Source of the DNA: a bacterium
Lineage (GTDB): Bacteria > Campylobacterota > Campylobacteria > Campylobacterales > Sulfurimonadaceae
Direction of reading: 5' to 3'
Assembly: GCA_018825665.1 (NCBI GenBank)
Contig: JAHJEG010000040.1
Location: forward strand, 14,897-78,896
Length of the DNA: 64,000 bases
In this document: in pieces, positions 18,824-28,351 of the stretch
Layout: the number at the start of each line of letters is the position of its first letter
Position numbering within the stretch: position 1 is the stretch's first letter
Made by a program: the position numbers and the translations under genes
The notes under the pieces: generated by a model
Databases searched by the model: none
Seen by the model: only the letters and a program-made list of their open reading frames with translations
What the model was told of the DNA's origin: nothing

Positions 18824-20581
18824 TTAGAGCAAAGAACTTACAGAGAGATGAGTGAACTCGTTTTTTGCAACTTTTTTTTGCTCAGCTAAAATAGAATTAA
18901 TGTTTTTTAGACATCGCTCTTTCGTCTTATCGCTCAATATCAAAACTGAAGCACTTACACTGAGCAATGGAAACTGTTTTTTATTTTTATCTCTGTCCAT
19001 GGCTGTGATATAGCCTCTTTTTTTATCTTCTTTGGAATAAAACTCTTTTACATCGCTGGTGAATTTTTTTATGATGTTTGTAATATGTTTTAAAATTGAA
19101 GACGCATCCTCTTTAAATCGTAAAGCAATAAAGAAATCATCCCCGCCAATATGTGCCTTAAAGAATTCATTTGGCAGATGCTTTCTTAGAATATCGGCGA
19201 AGAGTTGTATGACCCTGTCCCCATTTCTAAATCCGTAGACATCATTATATGCTTTGAAATTATCTAAATCAAAATAGCAAAAAATATAAGCATCTTTGTA
19301 TCTGGATGCATCTAAAATATATTTTTCTATCATAACATTTCCCGGAAGTTTTGTGAGGGGATTTTGTTCCCGCGCATAGAGTAGATTTTCTTCATTCATC
19401 ACACCGATTATAGCCCTTGCGGATAAGAGCCCGTAGTATTTTGAATTTTTTGTAATGATGATACCGGCCGATTCAGGATTATTAGAGAATAATTCTATAA
19501 TGGTAGAGATATCGCTGCTGATATCTGTTGTACCGCATGGTTTGATCAAGTGTTTTAACTTTGATTTGTTTGTGGAATCATTGAGCAGCAGCGAGCGGCC
19601 ATAGGGGGAATATAAATATTCTTTTATCTGGTTTTCCTGAAGTATGCCTAGGGGTTCATGAATTGCATTGATTATAGCTACAGCAGACACCTCTTTATAC
19701 TGCTTGAAATAATCAATAACCAGGCTCATATTTGATTGTATATCTATGGGAGGTATCTTGTCGATATAAGATTTGATTTTGATATTTTTATTAGAGCTTC
19801 TTTCATCATTCTTTATCAAGTCGCTGATATGCTTATAGCTCTTTAGTATCTTTTTTGTATCTTTTGAGGGTTTTTGAATAAAATACCCCTGCACCATATG
19901 GCAGCCTATATTTTTGCAGATAAGCAGCTCTTCTTTTTCTTCAACCCCCTCGGCTATGACGTTAATCCCAAGTTGGATGGCAAGATGTGTGATGTTTTGA
20001 ACCATAAGTTTTTTCTTCGGATCTTTTGCTATATCTTTTAAAAAAAATCTGTCGATCTTGATAACATTGGGTGTCATATCATACAGGAGCTTATAGCCGG
20101 AATACCCTACGCCAAAGTCATCTATCGCGATACAGAAGTTTTCATTCTTATAATGCCGGATGATATTCTCAAGATTACAAGACCCGGTAATCTCATGTCT
20201 TTCTGATATTTCAAAACATATACTGTCTTTTTTAATCCCCTTGTCTTTGAGGATTTTGTTTGTGTTCCCGTCTGAAAAATTCGCCATCTGCAAAAGACGG
20301 TTGTCGAGATTATAAAAAAGTTTTATCTCCTGATAATTGTCTATCTTTGTAAATTTTTGTATTGTTTTCTCTCGTAATGCCAAATCAAAGGTATAAAGCA
20401 GTTCTTCTTTATATACCTGGTCAAAAAGTGAAAAGATGGAATCAAAACCAATATCTTTATAATTGCGAAGCAGTGCCTCGACAGCGAACAGGTTTCCTGT
20501 GTGAACATTAAGAATAGGCTGAAAGGCTATATCTAATTTTTCTAAATTACTGAGCCATGTATCCGGTAGTATATTATCCAT
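18824..20581 (-). CDS. EAL phosphodiesterase - CBS pair - GGDEF-like (GGDDF) composite c-di-GMP protein
   Basis: N-terminal EAL domain with FAVEALLR, CFEISER, DDFGVGYSGY, IKIDRFF, AEGVE and QGYFIQKP. Central CBS-like region. C-terminal cyclase-like domain has DLDNFKAYNDVYGFRNGD and the variant active-site motif HIGGDDFF. Confidence 0.85.
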   Translation of the reverse strand: MDNILPDTWLSNLEKLDIAFQPILNVHTGNLFAVEALLRNYKDIGFDSIFSLFDQVYKEELLYTFDLALREKTIQKFTKIDNYQEIKLFYNLDNRLLQMANFSDGNTNKILKDKGIKKDSICFEISERHEITGSCNLENIIRHYKNENFCIAIDDFGVGYSGYKLLYDMTPNVIKIDRFFLKDIAKDPKKKLMVQNITHLAIQLGINVIAEGVEEKEELLICKNIGCHMVQGYFIQKPSKDTKKILKSYKHISDLIKNDERSSNKNIKIKSYIDKIPPIDIQSNMSLVIDYFKQYKEVSAVAIINAIHEPLGILQENQIKEYLYSPYGRSLLLNDSTNKSKLKHLIKPCGTTDISSDISTIIELFSNNPESAGIIITKNSKYYGLLSARAIIGVMNEENLLYAREQNPLTKLPGNVMIEKYILDASRYKDAYIFCYFDLDNFKAYNDVYGFRNGDRVIQLFADILRKHLPNEFFKAHIGGDDFFIALRFKEDASSILKHITNIIKKFTSDVKEFYSKEDKKRGYITAMDRDKNKKQFPLLSVSASVLILSDKTKERCLKNINSILAEQKKVAKNEFTHLSVSSLL

Positions 20582-20643
20582 GCCGAATTCTAATAATTTA
20601 TTGTTGCCTGATGGTTACAATTTTTTTACGTGCAGGAATATTC

Positions 20644-20672
20644 TTGACATCATATACCAAAACCTATATAAT
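20644..20672 (+). promoter_or_regulatory. Perfect consensus sigma70 promoter (TTGACA-N17-TATAAT)
   Basis: TTGACA at 20644-20649, 17-nt spacer, TATAAT at 20667-20672. It lies about 65 nt upstream of the ATG at 20737, which has an AAAGGGG Shine-Dalgarno. Confidence 0.7.
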
Positions 20673-20736
20673 AGATTCAGTTGATTGCTTTATTTTAAGC
20701 GATTTCATGAGTTAAAACATCATAAAGGGGCTGTAA

Positions 20737-20973
20737 ATGGCAAAAGTTTTAAAGAAAGAAATAGTAAAAAGTGTTGCAAAAAAAGCAACTGAAAAAGCAG
20801 TAGAAAAAAAGATTGTAGCCAAGGCTGATGCTAAAAAGGTGGTGAAAAAAGTTTTAAAAGCCGTCAAAAATGAGAAGCCGACTGATAAAAAGACAGCTAA
20901 GAAGGTTGCAAAAAAAGTGACGAAAGCTTCGGCTGAGAAAAAAACTTCAGAGAAAAAGAAATCTAAAAAATAG
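20737..20973 (+). CDS. Lys/Ala-rich histone H1-like basic protein (78 aa)
   Basis: 31 of 78 residues are Lys by my count. AKK/VKK/EKK repeats and no hydrophobic core. Strong promoter and SD upstream, hairpins downstream. The antisense 116-aa ORF is a composition artefact. Confidence 0.6.
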   Translation: MAKVLKKEIVKSVAKKATEKAVEKKIVAKADAKKVVKKVLKAVKNEKPTDKKTAKKVAKKVTKASAEKKTSEKKKSKK

Positions 20974-20991
20974 TTGGATCTTCCTCTTATC

Positions 20992-21044
20992 AAGAGCGTA
21001 GGATGTAGTTCTGCGCTCTTTACTTCCCCGGCCTTTTTTGGCCG
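20992..21044. terminator. Two hairpins between convergent genes (putative bidirectional terminator)
   Basis: AAGAGCG (20992-20998) pairs with CGCTCTT (21014-21020). CGGCC (21029-21033), TTTTTT loop, GGCCG (21040-21044). Confidence 0.4.
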
Positions 21045-21080
21045 TATTCCTCTATTTTCCACATGGGTCTTTATATTTTG

Positions 21081-22076
21081 CTAAAAAAAGAGTGCTTTTT
21101 TCCCCTCTTGGGAGTATATTAGGCCTTTGCTCGTGTGTGCGACACCATGTATTATAAAGAATTTGTGCCGTTTGAGTATCTCTTTTGAAAAATGCTGCTG
21201 AAGATGTTCTTTGTAAAACTGTGCCCTTTGGACTCTGTTGGAGCCCTGCATGGCAGCGGCTTGTTTTTTTGAGAGGGATGTATCCTTTGTGTTCGTATCC
21301 AAAGAGCCTACCAGGTAGATGACCTTGCTGTGAAAATACTGTTTTTGCATTGTTTTTGGAGTCACATTATATTTTTTATGCACGAGATAGAGCTCTTGAA
21401 GTCCATACCCCCAGGAGTTATATCTCTTTTGCGGAGTGTGCTCTGTCTTGCCGAGGGGTCGTTGTGCATTAAAATAGAGGTAGGATGACGGCGCCATTAC
21501 AACATAGCGGACGTTCAGAGCATTTTTTTTAAACCTGCTAAAAGCGGCGTAGCGATTAACAAACTGCCCTCCGGCAGAGTGACCAAAGATAATGATATCT
21601 TTGAGATTTGAAAAATTACCCCTATCTGTGACTTCATATAGCAGAGTGTCCAAAATTTCAAAGGCGCTTAGCTGTATCTTCTGATTTTTATAGACCGCTT
21701 TGGAACTGCCAAGAAAAGGGTAGGTATTCCAGTAGAGATAGTTTGCCTGTGCCGGCGAATCTATAAGGGAGCGGGAGAGAAATTGAGGGGCGATGATAAG
21801 TGAGCTGTTCTCTTTATGCAGCTCGTGTGCCAGATTGAGAGTATTTTGAAAGTAAGCATCTGCATTATGGCTTGAACTGTGTATAGCGACGATAAGGCGG
21901 GTGATATCATTGTTTTTCTTTTCTAAAGAGTAGTTGCTGTTATAGGGGAGGGATGCACATCTCTGGTCTATGCAAAAGGTGTAGCGCTTTTGAGCGATGG
22001 GAGGATTCTTTGGCTCGTAAGCATATAAAAGAGTAAAAAAACTAAGAAAGAGTATAAGCAAACGAAAAACATACAT
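21081..22076 (-). CDS. Secreted alpha/beta-hydrolase-fold protein
   Basis: Signal peptide, nucleophile elbow IIFGHSAGGQF (GxSxG), 331 aa. Substrate unknown. Confidence 0.6.
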   Translation of the reverse strand: MYVFRLLILFLSFFTLLYAYEPKNPPIAQKRYTFCIDQRCASLPYNSNYSLEKKNNDITRLIVAIHSSSHNADAYFQNTLNLAHELHKENSSLIIAPQFLSRSLIDSPAQANYLYWNTYPFLGSSKAVYKNQKIQLSAFEILDTLLYEVTDRGNFSNLKDIIIFGHSAGGQFVNRYAAFSRFKKNALNVRYVVMAPSSYLYFNAQRPLGKTEHTPQKRYNSWGYGLQELYLVHKKYNVTPKTMQKQYFHSKVIYLVGSLDTNTKDTSLSKKQAAAMQGSNRVQRAQFYKEHLQQHFSKEILKRHKFFIIHGVAHTSKGLIYSQEGKKALFF

Positions 22077-22131
22077 AAGAAACCTTTGAAGGGTTTTTGG
22101 CTATCTCTTAGGTGAGACTTTTTTTGTTTTA

Positions 22132-22875
22132 TCAGAGTCCCAGCCATTTTTTAGCAATATTTCTAAGTGCCTCCGGATTTTCCGAAGCAAAAAATTTCAA
22201 GTTGGGCTCTTTGTATTTTTTGGAAAAAATGAACTCTTTTTCCAGATGCTCCACTATCGCATCGCCTGAATGGATCAGAATCGTGTCTTCTCCAAAATAG
22301 TTTTGCAGTTCACCGGATATCAGAGGGAAATGTGTACACCCGAGAATTATGGCATGTGGAACTTTGGTATCGTGAAAATAGTGTTTGAACGTGGCTTGTA
22401 AAATCTCACCGCTGTAAATCTCCTCTTCGACCAAGGGTACAAAAAGCCCTGTTGCCTTGGCTTGTATATTGTAGTATGAAAGTGAGTTCAGAGCTTTTTC
22501 GTAGGCTTTTGAGTTTACAGTCGCCTTTGTCCCGATAATAAGAATGTCGGCGTTTTTGTCATGGAGTTTGTTTACTGCAGCAAGTACTCCGGATTCTACA
22601 ACACCGATAACCGGGCATGTGGAAGTTTCTCTCATCTCATCAAGGGCATAGGCGCTGACTGTGTTACAGGCGACTATAATAAGGTCGAGTTCGAAGTTTT
22701 TAAAAAATTCTACAGCTTCTATCGCGTAGCGGATGATGGTGTTTTTGTCTTTGATACCGTAGGGTACGCGAGCCGTGTCTCCAAAGTAGACTATCTCTTC
22801 AAAAAGTTCATGCTCGAGCAGTGACTTAACAACAGTTAAGCCTCCTATCCCGCTGTCAAATACACCCAGTTTCAT
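22132..22875 (-). CDS. murI: Glutamate racemase
   Basis: GVFDSGIGGLTV, the catalytic Cys motifs VACNTVS and LGCTHFP. Start shares 1 nt with the rho stop (TAATG). Confidence 0.9.
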   Translation of the reverse strand: MKLGVFDSGIGGLTVVKSLLEHELFEEIVYFGDTARVPYGIKDKNTIIRYAIEAVEFFKNFELDLIIVACNTVSAYALDEMRETSTCPVIGVVESGVLAAVNKLHDKNADILIIGTKATVNSKAYEKALNSLSYYNIQAKATGLFVPLVEEEIYSGEILQATFKHYFHDTKVPHAIILGCTHFPLISGELQNYFGEDTILIHSGDAIVEHLEKEFIFSKKYKEPNLKFFASENPEALRNIAKKWLGL

Positions 22876-24224
22876 TATTGGTTCGTATTCATGCTCTCTA
22901 AAAACTCTTCATTAGTAGCATTTTTTTGCATTGTTGTGTAGATAAACTTGAGTGCTTCAACCTCATTATCCTGTTTATGAAGCATCTGGCGAAGAATAAA
23001 TACTTTTTGCAGAACCTCAGGACCTATAAGCAGTTCATCTTTTCTGGTTCCCGATTTAAGGATGTCAATAGCAGGGAAGATACGTCTTTCGGCAATTTTT
23101 CTATCCAGTACAACTTCCGAGTTTCCTGTACCTTTGAACTCTTCAAAAATCACTTCATCCATTCTGCTTCCCGTATCTACAAGGGCTGTTGCTATGATTG
23201 TCAAACTTCCGCCGTTTTCTATATTTCTGGCAGCTCCAAAAAAGCGTTTTGGTTTATGAAGCGCGTTTGCATCCACACCGCCTGAGAGCACTTTGCCGCT
23301 TGATGGGGTTACTGTATTGTATGCACGAGCCAGACGGGTTATGGAATCCAGCAGGATTACCACGTCTTTACCAAGTTCTACACGTCTTTTAGCACGTTCG
23401 ATTACCATCTCGGCAACTTTTACATGGTTTTTTGCAGGCATGTCAAAAGTAGAACTGTATACTTCCCCTTTGACGCTTCTCTCCATATCCGTTACCTCTT
23501 CTGGTCTCTCATCCACAAGCAGGACCATCAAATCGATTTCAGAATGATTTGCCGTGATACCGTGGGCAATCTCTTTTAGCAATTCTGTCTTACCGCTTCT
23601 TGGAGGTGCTACGATTAAGCCCCTTTGACCTTTTCCGATTGGAGAGAAGAGATCCATCATACGGCCCGTAAGCCCTTTTTCTCTGTATTCCAATTTGATT
23701 TGTTCAAGTGCATAGAGCGGTGTAAGGTTTTCAAAAAGAGGTCTTTTTTTACTCTCTTCCGGAGGTAAGCTGTTGACAGCTTCAATCTTGATAAGTGCGT
23801 AATATCTTTCCTGCTCTTTTGGAGGACGAACCTGACCTGTTACAACATCCCCGTTACGAAGAGCAAAACGGCGGATTTGAGTGTTTGACACATATGCATC
23901 ATTTATACTCTCATTGAAACTCTGATCGATTGAACGAATAAAACCGTAACCGTCCTGCATTATCTCCAGGATACCGCTAAAGAGGATAAACCCGCCTTGA
24001 GCAGTTTGAGCCTTTAATATCTCGAATATTACATCTTGTCTTTTTAGCTCATTTGGATGTTCAACATTGAGTTCCGTAGCAATTGCTACGAGATCGCCAA
24101 TGCTTTTAGTACGAAGTTCTTCAATCGTAGTGCCTTGTACCGGTGTATGTGATCTGGTCTTGTTATTGGTTTTCGTGCTTGGTTTAGAGTTCTTTCGAGG
24201 TGTTTGTGAATTGTTTTCACTCAT
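22875..24224 (-). CDS. rho: Transcription termination factor Rho
   Basis: Basic N-terminal extension, RNA-binding domain (GYGFIR), Walker A APPRSGKT, Walker [11 protein letters not shown], and a Q/R-loop region. Confidence 0.95.
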   Translation of the reverse strand: MSENNSQTPRKNSKPSTKTNNKTRSHTPVQGTTIEELRTKSIGDLVAIATELNVEHPNELKRQDVIFEILKAQTAQGGFILFSGILEIMQDGYGFIRSIDQSFNESINDAYVSNTQIRRFALRNGDVVTGQVRPPKEQERYYALIKIEAVNSLPPEESKKRPLFENLTPLYALEQIKLEYREKGLTGRMMDLFSPIGKGQRGLIVAPPRSGKTELLKEIAHGITANHSEIDLMVLLVDERPEEVTDMERSVKGEVYSSTFDMPAKNHVKVAEMVIERAKRRVELGKDVVILLDSITRLARAYNTVTPSSGKVLSGGVDANALHKPKRFFGAARNIENGGSLTIIATALVDTGSRMDEVIFEEFKGTGNSEVVLDRKIAERRIFPAIDILKSGTRKDELLIGPEVLQKVFILRQMLHKQDNEVEALKFIYTTMQKNATNEEFLESMNTNQ

Positions 24225-24346
24225 AAAATGACTGCCTTAATGTTTTGGGATTTTGTTCCAGGAGAGGTGTTTTGAGATATATACTATCTTTAAGATGCGC
24301 AATTTTACACTATTTGAAGATACAATGTCAAGTATTTAAGGCAAGC

Positions 24347-25381
24347 TTAATTCTTTAGACTTGCTATGGCATCTGCAATACTTGAGATATACACCTTTGC
24401 CTCATCGAGCGTTTCTTGTGTTCTTTGTGCCAGTTTTCGTACTTCATCGGCTACAACTGCAAATCCGCGCCCATGTTCTCCGGCTCTTGCTGCTTCTATA
24501 GCGGCATTAAGAGCAAGAAGATTGGTCTGTTGGGCAATTTCTGAAATAGTGTCGATTACTCTGAAGATATCCTGGCTCTGGCGTTGGAGAGAGTTTAGTT
24601 TATCTCCGATATCATAACCTGGGGCGTGAGAAGTGTCTTTATCCTTCGCCTTTGTTTCTAAAGTTTCTTTTTCTTTTGTGAGTGTTTTTATCTTCTTTTG
24701 CAAATCTTCATGCAGGAGTTCGTGCGTATCTTGGAGCTGTGCCATCTGCTTTTCAAGCTCCCGGCTCTTTTGCAGTAAAAGGTTTTTTTCATCTTCAAAT
24801 GCAGATATTTTATCGCTGTTTTGCATTTGCAGGGATTGTGCTTTTAGGTGTATGGATTGCATCTCATCCAGGAGTGCATCATTTTTTTCCTCCAGCTCCC
24901 GTATCGTCGTTTTGTCGAGTTCGCTCTGTGCAGCGGCATGTGGATTTCTATATATAAGGTAGCCGCCCACCAGAGCTATTCCCGCCAAACCAATGAGAAA
25001 CAAATAGACAGCCGTGCCGTCTGATTTTTTGGATTGTATGCGTTCAAGACCCTTTGCATTCATTTTTAGGTACAGCTGCTGAAGATTTTCTATTTCGTTT
25101 GCGTCGAGCTTTGTATTGTTTTTAAAGAGCTGTGAAAAAACCTTGAGCGTCTCAGCTTCAAGTTTTTGGATATTTTTCGCCTGTGCCTCATCGCTGCAAA
25201 GAGCAGCCGCTATTTTTTCGTGCGTGGACAAGACGAGATAGTAAAGGGAAACTTTTTCTTCGGCACTCAGCATGGGAGATATCGTATCTATCCCTTGCGT
25301 GAGTTGTTCGTAATCTTTATGGACATCTTCCCAGGCAAAAAGAGCCAAACTGAAAAATATGCTGAATAATAATGCTTTCAT
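24347..25381 (-). CDS. Chemoreceptor-like membrane protein with a truncated MCP signalling domain
   Basis: Signal/TM1, a periplasmic region of about 115 aa, TM2 ([20 protein letters not shown]), then a long coiled coil. The MCP hairpin tip [38 protein letters not shown] is present. Only about 38 residues follow the EHGRG turn. Confidence 0.7.
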   Translation of the reverse strand: MKALLFSIFFSLALFAWEDVHKDYEQLTQGIDTISPMLSAEEKVSLYYLVLSTHEKIAAALCSDEAQAKNIQKLEAETLKVFSQLFKNNTKLDANEIENLQQLYLKMNAKGLERIQSKKSDGTAVYLFLIGLAGIALVGGYLIYRNPHAAAQSELDKTTIRELEEKNDALLDEMQSIHLKAQSLQMQNSDKISAFEDEKNLLLQKSRELEKQMAQLQDTHELLHEDLQKKIKTLTKEKETLETKAKDKDTSHAPGYDIGDKLNSLQRQSQDIFRVIDTISEIAQQTNLLALNAAIEAARAGEHGRGFAVVADEVRKLAQRTQETLDEAKVYISSIADAIASLKN

Positions 25382-25411
25382 GCTTTTTCAAAGCATTTTG
25401 TATGCCAATAT

Positions 25412-25936
25412 TCAAGCGTAAATGTTCTCGTGTAAAGAATCAAATCTCTGCAGGGTCTTTTCTAGCAGTTTTTGTGCATCGTCAAAAATTTTGTCTATTG
25501 TATCCATCTGTTTTATGGAGTCGTCAAACATCTTGACTATAGAGTTTTTGGCATAGTTTTTCGTATCTTCATCTTTTTCTTTTATCGGCAAAAAGATATC
25601 CGAAATCTGTTGTGCTATTTTGCTTATGGATGATTTTTGGCCTCCGCCGTCGAGTTCTTTTAAAAATCCCTCAATATAGGGCTGTGCAATTTTCATAAAG
25701 GCATCTATCTCTTTTTGGTCCTGTGCGTCTATCCCGTTGCTTTTTATAGAAAATCCGAAGGAGTGCATCGATGAAAAGGACAAACTGCTTTTTTGTGTAT
25801 TCTCATCCTGGCTGTGACGCATTGAGAACGACTGTTCATTTGCAAAATCCATCTTTATCACATCCCCGCTGGATGTACGCATAGCAATATTCAGATCATG
25901 GGATCTGTATGCATCTAAGCTGTATGAAGTGTTCAT
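25412..25936 (-). CDS. Hypothetical protein (174 aa)
   Basis: AAGGAG Shine-Dalgarno 6 nt before the ATG. Ends 30 nt upstream of the MCP-like gene on the same strand. No recognisable domain. Confidence 0.45.
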   Translation of the reverse strand: MNTSYSLDAYRSHDLNIAMRTSSGDVIKMDFANEQSFSMRHSQDENTQKSSLSFSSMHSFGFSIKSNGIDAQDQKEIDAFMKIAQPYIEGFLKELDGGGQKSSISKIAQQISDIFLPIKEKDEDTKNYAKNSIVKMFDDSIKQMDTIDKIFDDAQKLLEKTLQRFDSLHENIYA

Positions 25937-25993
25937 AATCTACTCCTTTTGTTCTATTAAAATCGGAAAAAATGTAAATTTTTTAAGCTTTAA

Positions 25994-26002
25994 TGCTAAA
26001 AT
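25994..26002 (+). promoter_or_regulatory. Extended -10 element TGCTAAAAT immediately upstream of surE
   Basis: The TAAAAT hexamer ends 6 nt before the surE ATG (26009). No Shine-Dalgarno lies between them. Confidence 0.35.
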
Positions 26003-26008
26003 AGCGGC

Positions 26009-26791
26009 ATGAAAAAAAGTTATAAGATTTTAGTTACAAATGATGACGGGTATGAGGCAAAGGGTTTGCTTAGTTTGGTGCAAGCCTTAAGGGAGTTGGA
26101 AGAGGTAGAGGTGACGGTTGTCGCTCCTGCGAATGAGAAATCGGCATGCGGGCATTCTCTGACCCTTGTGCGTCCGCTTCGTTTTATCAGCGTAGGGGAT
26201 GATTTTTACAAACTTGATGACGGAACTCCGAGTGACTGTGTTTATCTCTCCTTGCACTCTATGTTTGATGCCTGCAAGCCCGATCTGCTTATAAGCGGAA
26301 TCAACAGAGGTTCAAATATGGGTGAGGATATCACATATTCTGGAACCGCCGCGGGAGCTATGGAGGGTGTCTTGCACGACGTGCCCTCTATAGCAATCTC
26401 CCAGGTTATGGATTTTACAAATCCCGAGGGTGATTTTTCACTTGCCTGCAAAACAATAAAAGAGCTTGTATTGAAGATAAAGGGAGGTTCTTTCCCTCTT
26501 CCCCACAGAGAGTTTCTAAACATAAACATACCTTCAGAGATTGAGGATGCCCAGATAAAAGTGACCTATGCCGGGTACAGATGTTACGGAAACGATGCGC
26601 ATCTTCACAGAAATCCAAGGGGTGAAGAGCATTACTGGCTCGGTCTGCATCCGCTTGAATTTCGTGCCCGCGATGTTGAGCATGATATGAGTGATTATGA
26701 GGCAATTGCAGCCGGATATATCTCTATCACCCCTATACAGCTTGATATGAGCGCGTATAAAAGTATCAAACAACTTCAAGAGTGGATATAA
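26009..26791 (+). CDS. surE: 5'/3'-nucleotidase SurE
   Basis: ILVTNDDGYEAKG, SGINRGSNMGEDITYSGTAAGAMEG, ITPIQLDMS. Confidence 0.92.
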   Translation: MKKSYKILVTNDDGYEAKGLLSLVQALRELEEVEVTVVAPANEKSACGHSLTLVRPLRFISVGDDFYKLDDGTPSDCVYLSLHSMFDACKPDLLISGINRGSNMGEDITYSGTAAGAMEGVLHDVPSIAISQVMDFTNPEGDFSLACKTIKELVLKIKGGSFPLPHREFLNINIPSEIEDAQIKVTYAGYRCYGNDAHLHRNPRGEEHYWLGLHPLEFRARDVEHDMSDYEAIAAGYISITPIQLDMSAYKSIKQLQEWI

Positions 26792-26798
26792 GTCCAAG

Positions 26799-27434
26799 AT
26801 GAAATATGACCGTGTCAAAATGCTTCTGGGAGAAGACTTTACAAAACTTCAAGATGCAAAAATAATACTTCTGGGTGTCGGAGGCGTCGGCAGTTTCTGT
26901 CTGGATTGTCTGATGAGAAGCGGTGTCAGAAACATCACGATTGTAGATTTTGACACCTATGATGCGACAAACCAGAACCGTCAGATGTGGTCTGAACTGC
27001 ATGAGGGCGAGTTCAAGGTCGAAGCTCTGCAGAAACATTATCCCGATATCACTATTATCAACGTGCGTGTGGATGAGCAGTGGGTCTGGGACTTTGATTT
27101 TGAAGAATACGACCTTGTCCTGGATGCGATAGATGACACCAAGGCAAAACTGGCACTTGCCCAAAAATGTTACAAAAAGCTTATATCCTCTTTTGGCTCT
27201 GCAAAACGGATGGACCCTACGAAAGTTGAAGTGGCTGATATCTGGAAGACCTATGGAGACAGGTTTGGTTCAAAGATACGGTATGAACTTAAAAAACGGG
27301 GTTTTAAGAAAAAATACACGGCTGTTTTTTCTTCAGAAGAGGTTCTCACAAAGGAAAAAGGCAGTTTTATGGGCGTAACTGCAACATTTGGTCTTACCAT
27401 GTGTTCGCAGGCGATTAAAAAGCTGATAGGCTGA
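26799..27434 (+). CDS. ThiF/MoeB-family E1-like protein, TcdA (tRNA ct6A dehydratase)-like
   Basis: Rossmann motif ILLGVGGVGSFCLDCLMRSGVRNITIVDFD ... NQNRQ. Short (211 aa), with no rhodanese or Cys-pair extension. Confidence 0.7.
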   Translation: MKYDRVKMLLGEDFTKLQDAKIILLGVGGVGSFCLDCLMRSGVRNITIVDFDTYDATNQNRQMWSELHEGEFKVEALQKHYPDITIINVRVDEQWVWDFDFEEYDLVLDAIDDTKAKLALAQKCYKKLISSFGSAKRMDPTKVEVADIWKTYGDRFGSKIRYELKKRGFKKKYTAVFSSEEVLTKEKGSFMGVTATFGLTMCSQAIKKLIG

Positions 27435-27442
27435 GGTCTGTT

Positions 27443-28342
27443 TTGAAAAATGTTATAGTGACAGTTCTTATTCTTGGCATGTGGAACTCTCTCTTTGCCC
27501 AGGATATCATCGAATACGATTATGAACTCGATGCCTATTATTCAAACGTATCCGCCTTTTTGGACCTTGAGCGGGACAAAGAACTCACCGATGCTTCAAA
27601 CTACAGCGAGACCCGGATTTATACCGACCTGCTCCTCAACAGCTTTTCTCCAAATATTTTTTTGGTAGAGGCTGCCGTGCACCCTATGCCTATCGCAGGT
27701 CTTTATTTTAGACAAAACAATGAAGATATGTATGAAAAGTCAAAAATCCAAAATCTGAATCTGGTAAAAGCGATCACCGCCGGATTTCCCGAACCTTACT
27801 CCTTGTCCTTTTTTGTAGGAAGAATGATGGTCTTTAAAAACAAGGATTCCGAGTATATAGGCAAAAACAGAGCGTATATGGGATATCTTGTGACAGTCGG
27901 GGATTATTCCATAAAAGACAATCAGGCGCACAGGGACAGATGGGCGAATTTTGAGATCAAGCTAAAGGGAACAAGAGAAAAAGCGGACAGGGATTTAGAC
28001 TGGAGTTTCAGAGTGGGTTCGAGGATCCACGAGAACAGGAATTTCGTCAACAGCATATATATAGGAGCAAGAAGAAGCAGTATCGATTACAATAAAGGGG
28101 TCTGGTCTTTTTTATACAACAGCGCTTTTTCAAGCATGCTGGCCGTTAGCTCCGATACTTTTGAACTCAGTGAAGCAGATATTATGATAGAAAAAAAATG
28201 GCCCCTGCAGTGGACGAAAAAGATGAGTTTCGGTCTTGGGCTGGGTTATATTTATAACAGCGGCGCAAAATACAGGGGTGAATTAAAAGAAGAGGGGATT
28301 GATACGCACCAGCTTGTCTTTCGCCCGAATTTAAAGTTTTAA
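27443..28342 (+). CDS. Putative outer-membrane beta-barrel protein of unknown function
   Basis: TTG start, signal peptide ending SLFA-QD, beta-rich aromatic pattern, C-terminal LVFRPNLKF ending in Phe. Confidence 0.45.
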   Translation: MKNVIVTVLILGMWNSLFAQDIIEYDYELDAYYSNVSAFLDLERDKELTDASNYSETRIYTDLLLNSFSPNIFLVEAAVHPMPIAGLYFRQNNEDMYEKSKIQNLNLVKAITAGFPEPYSLSFFVGRMMVFKNKDSEYIGKNRAYMGYLVTVGDYSIKDNQAHRDRWANFEIKLKGTREKADRDLDWSFRVGSRIHENRNFVNSIYIGARRSSIDYNKGVWSFLYNSAFSSMLAVSSDTFELSEADIMIEKKWPLQWTKKMSFGLGLGYIYNSGAKYRGELKEEGIDTHQLVFRPNLKF

Positions 28343-28351
28343 AGGGTAGAG

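Noticed and set aside
20712-21062. 116-aa ORF antisense to the Lys-rich H1-like gene
   Set aside because: The Phe-rich translation is simply the complement of AAR Lys codons. The perfect promoter, the SD and the hairpins all fit the plus-strand gene.
22083-22101. Hairpin AAACC-tttgaag-GGTTT followed by Ts between murI and the hydrolase gene
   Set aside because: The T-tract is on the plus strand, but both flanking genes are on the minus strand. On the minus strand the stem is not followed by a U-tract. The stem is only 5 bp.
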